A stretch of 64,000 bases of DNA from Parcubacteria group bacterium M6-OD1-1 (GTDB lineage: Bacteria > Patescibacteriota > Minisyncoccia > GWC2-36-17 > M10-OD1-4). Under the pieces are notes generated by a model. It had not been told where the DNA came from. It made no database searches and was given only the letters and a program-made list of their open reading frames with translations. The translations under genes and the position numbers were made by a program. Shown here piece after piece: positions 57,627 through 64,000 of this stretch (within the stretch, counting starts at the first letter, position 1; every line of letters begins with the position of its first letter). The stretch covers positions 152,729-216,728 of the forward strand of contig LSNK01000001.1 in assembly GCA_003056085.1 (NCBI GenBank). The letters are read 5' to 3'.

Positions 57627-58060
57627 AAGATAAATAGACAATCGCTCTTTTGTTTGCTTGCAAGCGAGAGAGAGGAAAGTCCGGACTCCAACTATTATTT
57701 ATAATAGTTAAAACGCAGCGGCTAACAGCCGTCAAAGGAAACTTAGAGGTGCGAGCAGAGACGCCGATATTGGAAACGATATTCGGGCGATTCATTTATT
57801 TGGATCGTAGCCCCTTACTTGCTTGCAAGTAAGGGGGTGAAACGGCTAAATCCTTGCGGGGTGCAAGACAGTATTCCCCTTCACTTGGTTTTTTGAGTAA
57901 ATTTTTAAGTTGAATTTATACTTAAAATTTTCATTCACAAGCCCAAGTGAGGGGGAGGTAGTCGCATGAGCTTATTAGTAATAATAAGCCAAGATAAATG
58001 ATTGTCACCCTTAACTTGCTTGCAAATTAAGGGATACAGAATCCGGCTTATTTTTATCTT
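57627..58060 (+). ncRNA. rnpB: RNase P RNA
   Basis: GAGGAAAGTCCGGACT and ACAGAATCCGGCTTA (P4), GGGTGAAACGG, GTGCAAG, and terminal P1 pairing that extends outward to about 57606/58079. Confidence 0.95.
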
Positions 58061-58238
58061 TATTTGCTCCGAATAAATATATTTAAAATACAAGTTAAAA
58101 ATTCTCAAAAAATTAATTTTAAACATCAAAAAAACCGCTTTTCTAAGCGGTTTTTTTGGTGTTTTTTGGGGTCGGGGATGTAATAAGGTTAGAACCTGTT
58201 TTGTGGGAAAAGTATCTATACCACAATAGAGACTCACA

Positions 58239-58598
58239 TTATTCACCGATAAATTCTTTTATGCGTTGTTTGCCTAATTTTACTAATTTATTAGTTTTAT
58301 AATTTTGTATATGAGTGCCAAAACATAAAAAAACTATTTGATCATCTTTCTTTGCAAAACATATTCTTGGAGACTGATTTTTTCTGACACCTCCAATTGC
58401 CATATAAACCTTCCATAATTTATTATCCTTATATTCTCCAACTGGAGCTAACACATTAATGCCTAGATTGGTTGTTTTTTTCTCAAAATGACTAATTAAA
58501 AGGTTTTGCAATTTAAAAACCCACCCATCATCTTGGTGGTGTTTTTCTAAAAAATCTCCTATTTCTTTATCAAATTTTGGATGACTGGAATATATCAT
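58239..58598 (-). CDS. Putative toxin (RelE-like fold suspected) paired with a Panacea antitoxin
   Basis: 119 aa, ATGA overlap with the antitoxin; HPKFDKEI start and PRICFAK...LCFGTH end. Confidence 0.6.
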   Translation of the reverse strand: MIYSSHPKFDKEIGDFLEKHHQDDGWVFKLQNLLISHFEKKTTNLGINVLAPVGEYKDNKLWKVYMAIGGVRKNQSPRICFAKKDDQIVFLCFGTHIQNYKTNKLVKLGKQRIKEFIGE

Positions 58599-59116
58599 GC
58601 ACCTATGAGCTCTTCTGAAGTTTTATCTCTATAAAAAGATAACTCATAAGGCATATATTCGCCTTGAGTAACCGCATTATATGGAGCTTCCGAATGAGAA
58701 ATTATTTCTAAATTCTTTCCGCTCATACCACCATAATCTTTGTATACCTTTCGTAATACTTGTTTTTCCTTTTCATTCAAATTGAGTGAGTCCACTTTTT
58801 TTTCAGTAATATTTAAAGAAAATACAACTGTATCATTCGGGAGTCCTGTTCTTTTGTGTTTTATTGTAACAAATGTTTTCCCTAAATCTTTTAAAGCCTT
58901 CTCTAATTCGTCAGGAACAGGACCCATTGGCAAGGCACGATATTTTGCCCCAGTAATCGGCTCCTCGTAAACTTCAAAATAATTAAAATCTGCAAAATAA
59001 AGAAGCTTGGCTAATTTTTTTTTGCCTTCAATAGTCTTGTTGTTATCAAGAGATAATAAAAATAAGATAGCACTTTTGAACTTACTTTCATTAAATTTTA
59101 CTTTTTGAGTATCCAT
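58595..59116 (-). CDS. Panacea (DUF4065/SocA/GepA) domain antitoxin
   Basis: KKLAKLLYFADF, ITGAKYRALPMGPVP and LEIISHSEAPY. Confidence 0.88.
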   Translation of the reverse strand: MDTQKVKFNESKFKSAILFLLSLDNNKTIEGKKKLAKLLYFADFNYFEVYEEPITGAKYRALPMGPVPDELEKALKDLGKTFVTIKHKRTGLPNDTVVFSLNITEKKVDSLNLNEKEKQVLRKVYKDYGGMSGKNLEIISHSEAPYNAVTQGEYMPYELSFYRDKTSEELIGA

Positions 59117-59296
59117 ATATTAATTATTGATTAAATACTTGACTATCAGATACCATAAATATATTTATATGTCAATTAAAATTACCTAACCAATAATGTA
59201 AATCCTACCCATATAATATCATTTATGGTCTCAATTTACCACAAAAGATATGCACTATCAAGATTAATAGGATTATTTAATAGCCAATATTTTTTA

Positions 59297-59458
59297 TTAG
59301 TCTCTACTACAATCTGCATCTACCTCGCTAAAACTAAGGTATAAACCAGCTAGTGAATCTAAATAATCACAGGCGGTTTCTTCTGAGATAATGTGGTTAT
59401 GTTTTTCTTTAAAATAAGTTATAGTTTCTTGTATTAAATTTTTACTAAAGTTATTCAT
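59297..59458 (-). CDS. Small hypothetical protein (53 aa, not in the ORF track)
   Basis: MNNFSKNLIQETITYFKEKHNHIISEETACDYLDSLAGLYLSFSEVDADCSRD*. Confidence 0.45.
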   Translation of the reverse strand: MNNFSKNLIQETITYFKEKHNHIISEETACDYLDSLAGLYLSFSEVDADCSRD

Positions 59459-59633
59459 TTGTAGAAAATTTAATATTTAACTTAATTGTAATTATTTTTT
59501 CTCTTTATAATTCTCTGGATTTATTCTTTTGTCTATTTCAAAAAGTAGACGAAAAAATCCTAATAAATTTTTTTGATGTTATTATAATCATCTTCTTTTA
59601 TACTTAACTAACTTAAGGTTCTTACTAGGGGCA

Positions 59634-60038
59634 TTAAGACCCCAATATAATCCAAGTTATGACAAAGATAGAAAAAATGAGATATATCCAAAAAACAGAT
59701 TCCTTATAAAGGATATTAGACCCTATCTTATTCTTCAAGGAAAACTCCTTTTTATTTTTACTTCCATACCCAATATAAATACCCGTCCATAATAAAAAAT
59801 GAAATAACACCACACTACCAATTATAACTGTAGACACTGCTATGAAGGCGTATAAAAAATCAAATAATTCAGCCCCTTCAAATCCATCCTTATATAATTC
59901 TGAAAATATCCAAATAATAAGACCTACGACAATCAGTCTATAGACAATATTAATCAATCTAGCCCACCAATACCTATCTTTTAAGTCCTTAAAAATTACT
60001 TCACTTAAATTTTTATGCAAAAATGATAATTTAAACAT
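59634..60038 (-). CDS. Membrane protein
   Basis: Three hydrophobic segments. Confidence 0.65.
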   Translation of the reverse strand: MFKLSFLHKNLSEVIFKDLKDRYWWARLINIVYRLIVVGLIIWIFSELYKDGFEGAELFDFLYAFIAVSTVIIGSVVLFHFLLWTGIYIGYGSKNKKEFSLKNKIGSNILYKESVFWIYLIFSIFVITWIILGS

Positions 60039-60058
60039 CTCTTTGTGTGTTAATTTAT

Positions 60059-60511
60059 TTATTGCTCATACTCAGGAGCTGAATATAATCTACAGTCATA
60101 TTTTCCTTTTATTGAAGAATTATAATAAGAACCAAATGATGAAGTGTTCTTAAATGAATCCCATACTCTTTTAGACAAGGAACAATATTGATAATTAGTA
60201 CCACTTAAATTTATTATCATATATTTATTATCTTTATCATACCAAGCCCCTCGAACAAAAGAGCTTTTTTTGGTATCAAAATACTCAAACATAGGATTTG
60301 CGATATCAACACGACCATCCCTATATTTTATAGAAACATATTTTGATGCATAGCTTTCACTTAACTCTTTAACCTCTTTGATGGTTTCTGTATTTATAGA
60401 AACTTCGTTATCTTGTCCTCCAAAATAAATAACTGCACCAACTAATAATCCTCCTATTATGATTAAATAAGCTATACTAAATCCTTTTTGATTTTTTATT
60501 TCTTTATTCAT
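60059..60511 (-). CDS. Membrane-anchored KTSC-domain protein
   Basis: SSFVRGAWYD...YQYC...VWDSFKNTSSFGSYYNSSIKGKY, with an N-terminal QKGF plus TM helix. Confidence 0.8.
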   Translation of the reverse strand: MNKEIKNQKGFSIAYLIIIGGLLVGAVIYFGGQDNEVSINTETIKEVKELSESYASKYVSIKYRDGRVDIANPMFEYFDTKKSSFVRGAWYDKDNKYMIINLSGTNYQYCSLSKRVWDSFKNTSSFGSYYNSSIKGKYDCRLYSAPEYEQ

Positions 60512-60767
60512 ATTACTTAATTTTATTTTTATTCATTTCACACCTATCTACTTGTAAGAGATAGAAATATAAAGAGAAGAATAATTGCTATAATCCACAA
60601 AGGACCAAGAGTGATTATTAGCCAAATTATACCGATAATAACCAGACTAATTACCGAAATTATTCCTATTCCTTTTATAAGACCTTTTGTTGTTTTTACT
60701 GATTCGAGTTGAAAAAATCTGCTCCAGATATTTAATAAGGTGGTATTAAATATTCTAGCACCAGTAG

Positions 60768-61124
60768 CTAAACCAATGAGACCAGAATAATAACCATCAT
60801 TACCGCAAACCAACCATCATCCCCTCCATACGAAGTAAGATCTACAATCCAAGCCATACTTACAAATAGAAAAAATAAACTAATTAAACTTAATACGAGC
60901 TTACGAAATGTAATTTTTGTTTTAACAGCTCTCTCTTCAGAATCAAATAACCATCCTAGTGTGTAAAAAATAAAAAGAAAAGGTAAAAAAAATATAATAA
61001 GTCCAGTAAACTCAGAAATTATGGTGGATGTAGCAGTATTAACACTTAAAACTACAATCCATATTACAAAACCAAAAAACCAAATAGTTAAAAGTTGTTT
61101 TTTTGTTATATTATAAACTTTCAT
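60768..61124 (-). CDS. Membrane protein (4 TM)
   Basis: Hydrophobic ORF in a co-oriented run. Confidence 0.6.
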   Translation of the reverse strand: MKVYNITKKQLLTIWFFGFVIWIVVLSVNTATSTIISEFTGLIIFFLPFLFIFYTLGWLFDSEERAVKTKITFRKLVLSLISLFFLFVSMAWIVDLTSYGGDDGWFAVMMVIILVSLV

Positions 61125-61129
61125 ATTAT

Positions 61130-62389
61130 TTATAAAGTAGAAGCAGCGAAGTTTTGTTTAATTTTTTCTTTATTTGTGAAATCATTCATAATCTCATCTT
61201 TTTGAGACTCCTGCTCTTTAATGAGCCCCGAGTTAATAATGTATTGTTGCTCATCTCTATTATTTATAGCTGTAATTAGCCTCTGATAATATTTTGCTGA
61301 CGTATCTAGCCAAACTAATAAAGTTGCTCCTGAATCTGTATATTCCTTTGAATATTCCAAAAACTGTAACAAATACTCCCTATAACTTGAATTAGTTGTA
61401 TTAACAAGTAACTCATAAATATTTTTTTGAATTTCTTTTTCACCGTTAATTGTTTTTTCTATCGATGTATATCCATCCTTATATGTATTGAGAGTGTCAT
61501 TCATTACTGGAATAATTGAATCTGGGATAGTCCAATCAAATGCTTTTTTTGATTCTTCTTTATTATTATTTTCTGGAATAATCTTATTAGTTACAATTTG
61601 TTTTTCTATGCCTTGTTTTTCAGCCGTATTTATTTCTTCATATGTATCATAAATAATATTATTCTTTATTGCCTCAACTGAAAAAATTATTGAATTATGC
61701 GTATTGGTTGTTTCAAAATTTAATTTATCTTTATTAATGTTATCTAAGAATAATCTATCTATTTCGTTAATTATTTTATTTCTTTCAGATTTTGATATTG
61801 TATATGGAATTTCTCCCGTTGGATTTTCGCTTGAAGCAGGTCTAAATATTAAACTTGTTATCTGTGGGGCGGAAATCGTAATTAATTTAAATCCTTCCTT
61901 TTGGGAAGACAAAAATACAGCTGTGCTATATTCCAAATCCAATAAATCACCTTCTGTGGTAAGTGAGTTGTTCTTTAAATCTTCTAACAGTTTATTATTC
62001 GCCTCCATAACTACAACTGCCCCCACAATCATACCCTTAGTAGTTAAATTAATTATTTCATTATCATGTCCTACATATGACTTTACTCTATCTACCCCTA
62101 GCTGCATTAACTTTGTATCATTTAATAATTCTGTCATCCAAGTAATTTTATCAACATCACCAATCATATTATCAATTGAAGCAAAATAAAAATTATCTAA
62201 AGCTCCCAAAACGTCAAACACAGAATCAACTAATTCCTCTGAAGAAATATCTCCTTTTTGTGATTGTTCAATTTTGCTTTCTGGTATCGTAGCTTGCTCA
62301 ACTTTATTATCTTGAATAGTAACAAATATTAGTATTGTTACAGTGATTAGCACTAAAAAACTTATAATTATTTTTTTCTTTTCATTCAT
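61130..62389 (-). CDS. Hypothetical membrane-anchored helical protein
   Basis: 419 aa, N-terminal TM helix, acidic helical body. Confidence 0.75.
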   Translation of the reverse strand: MNEKKKIIISFLVLITVTILIFVTIQDNKVEQATIPESKIEQSQKGDISSEELVDSVFDVLGALDNFYFASIDNMIGDVDKITWMTELLNDTKLMQLGVDRVKSYVGHDNEIINLTTKGMIVGAVVVMEANNKLLEDLKNNSLTTEGDLLDLEYSTAVFLSSQKEGFKLITISAPQITSLIFRPASSENPTGEIPYTISKSERNKIINEIDRLFLDNINKDKLNFETTNTHNSIIFSVEAIKNNIIYDTYEEINTAEKQGIEKQIVTNKIIPENNNKEESKKAFDWTIPDSIIPVMNDTLNTYKDGYTSIEKTINGEKEIQKNIYELLVNTTNSSYREYLLQFLEYSKEYTDSGATLLVWLDTSAKYYQRLITAINNRDEQQYIINSGLIKEQESQKDEIMNDFTNKEKIKQNFAASTL

Positions 62390-62527
62390 ATTTTATTTTA
62401 AACTGCTGTTGCCTTTCTATAGACCTCTGTTTACCTACTTCACTAGCATAGTAAAACCCACCAAGAATAAAACTCGCTATTAAAATTGTTACAGGTAATA
62501 TTAACTTTTCTTTATTTATCTCCATAA

Positions 62528-63826
62528 TTACTCCCAATCAAAATTATAATTAAATTCTGGGACCTTCAGAGGTTCCCCACTCTCTCCAAGTATAGAGGAA
62601 TTAGAAGTATCTAGTATATGAGTTTCATTTGTAATATCGGATATTTCATTTTGTATTATTTTACTTGGATTTGGATTAAACCTTATTCTTACAAAGTCTA
62701 AGTTTTGAAAATCATTAGGTATAGTAAAAATTACATTCCCATCTACAACAGTTATGTTTTCTGCGATACTCCTTGTAGTATTTAAACTATCAACTAAAGA
62801 ATATTGTAAATTTGCTACTTTATACTCAATATTCTCACATAAACAATAGGTTCTAAAAGCTAGCTTCTTAATCTTAAATGGTCTTTCTGATTCAATATCA
62901 AACTTCCTAGGGTCATTTGTATCAGATCTCTTAATGGTAAGTGTTTGGTTTGATGTTTCTAGAGCTCCTGTTTCTGTCTCCTTATTATTACCATTAATAG
63001 ATTCTATTCCATAAGAATACTCAGACCCTGACACTAATCCGCTTATGTTAGCTATGTGCTTTCCAGAGGTTCCTGAAATTGAGAAAAATACTTGAGTTTT
63101 ACCATAGCCAGTTATAAAAACTTTTCCAGTTGTAGGGATATTTGTAGACCATGAAATAACAGCATCAACTAAACCAGGTTCTATTTTTACATCACTAATA
63201 ATAACATTCTCTTCTTCTGGTGTAGTTGTGGTTTCTTCTGTGTTAGTTGTAGTTTCTGTTGTAATTGAATCCTGAGATTCTGTATCATTACTGACTACTT
63301 CTGGAGTTGTATTTTGTTTTACATCACTGAATCTTAATTCTGTTTTTTCTGGATAAAAACTTGGTAATGCTTCTGTATGATTAACTTGATAGATTGAGTC
63401 CCAATCATAGCCAGCCTGTTCAAATTCTGAAGCTGTTAAATTAAGCCATCTTCTTTCTCCACTATCACTACCTGAAGCAGAAGTAACTATATATACTTTT
63501 GGGTCTGCTACTGAACCATCTGCATTAACTTCTATAACAAGCTCCGACAACATGAATTGGTCTTGGTCAGTTTGAGATACTGTCTTTACATCCTCCCATT
63601 TAAGATGCCCATAGGAATTGAAAATATCTGGATTTAGTATAAGTCTTTTAAATTTCTTACTACCTACCAACTTCACAATGTAAATATCTGGATTCTCAGA
63701 AGTAGTTATTAAATCACCATCTACTAATTCCCCTAACGTATACGTTTGAGCAAAAGCTGAAGAATAGATAAAAAAACTAAATACTAATACTAAAAAGATG
63801 GTTATTTTTTTCATATTTATTTTCAT
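62528..63826 (-). CDS. Secreted protein with Thr/Glu-rich linker and FN3-like domain
   Basis: Signal peptide ending AFA-Q, GDLI...DIYIV...KRLILNPDIFNSYG domain, ISWSTNIPT...HIANISGLVSGSEYSY FN3. Confidence 0.8.
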   Translation of the reverse strand: MKINMKKITIFLVLVFSFFIYSSAFAQTYTLGELVDGDLITTSENPDIYIVKLVGSKKFKRLILNPDIFNSYGHLKWEDVKTVSQTDQDQFMLSELVIEVNADGSVADPKVYIVTSASGSDSGERRWLNLTASEFEQAGYDWDSIYQVNHTEALPSFYPEKTELRFSDVKQNTTPEVVSNDTESQDSITTETTTNTEETTTTPEEENVIISDVKIEPGLVDAVISWSTNIPTTGKVFITGYGKTQVFFSISGTSGKHIANISGLVSGSEYSYGIESINGNNKETETGALETSNQTLTIKRSDTNDPRKFDIESERPFKIKKLAFRTYCLCENIEYKVANLQYSLVDSLNTTRSIAENITVVDGNVIFTIPNDFQNLDFVRIRFNPNPSKIIQNEISDITNETHILDTSNSSILGESGEPLKVPEFNYNFDWE

Positions 63827-63844
63827 ATTAATAATTTTTGTAAC

Positions 63845-63953
63845 AAAAAAGGTCCCCCGAACCAGTGACAACTTCTTTTCGAAGTCATCCTGTTCCTTTC
63901 AGAGACAGACCACGGTAGCAGTACTGGTCAGGAGACCATTATTACTACCGTGG
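63845..63953 (-). promoter_or_regulatory. Structured leader RNA (pseudoknot or attenuator-like)
   Basis: Crossed pairings 63943-63953/63910-63920 and 63923-63937/63851-63866, two inner hairpins and a T6 tail. Confidence 0.55.
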
Positions 63954-64000
63954 ATTTACCGCCATGCCTTTAAAAATAAAGGTTTAGGTGATTAAATTGT

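Noticed and set aside
1-64000. Complete DGR (RT, Avd, template repeat)
   Set aside because: No ORF with RT motifs and no AAC-rich copy of the 6710-6850 region was seen in the window.

Overview
Low-GC chromosomal segment that looks like a Patescibacteria (CPR/Parcubacteria) genome, judged from gene content and style (inference). It uses standard code 11, since several genes end in TGA. A housekeeping core (DEAD-box helicase, uppP, tsaD, suhB, valS, prsW, Hsp20, clpB, VanW, HtrA, a GT4-GH57-GT3-debranching glycogen cluster, tRNA-Leu, RNase P RNA) alternates with three accessory zones. Zone 1 (1-18.4 kb) has a structured ~340-nt RNA candidate and about 8 copies of a REP-like palindrome AAAGGTGTCAGGTACCTTTT between unrelated genes, one fused to a RAYT-like 3' remnant. 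It also has a GT2 + GH18 pair, an orphan DGR-type target gene and two Fic genes. A 5.7-kb block bounded by a perfect 145-bp direct repeat carries a TMK-like kinase / divergent ThiC-family radical SAM / nucleotidyltransferase / NUDIX cluster, an IS30 remnant and a plant-type ilvC. Zone 2 (39.1-44.4 kb) is a decaying islet ending at tRNA-Leu, with TrmB/DUF397, followed by a Cas2/PaaX-like gene bracketed by 43-bp palindromic direct repeats. Zone 3 (58.2-64 kb) has a Panacea antitoxin-toxin pair and a run of membrane/secreted genes behind a structured leader. The best candidates for undescribed systems are the ThiC-paralog nucleotide cluster, the REP-delimited cassette region with its DGR target, and the repeat-flanked Cas2-like gene. 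All calls come from motif reading by eye; no database searches were run.
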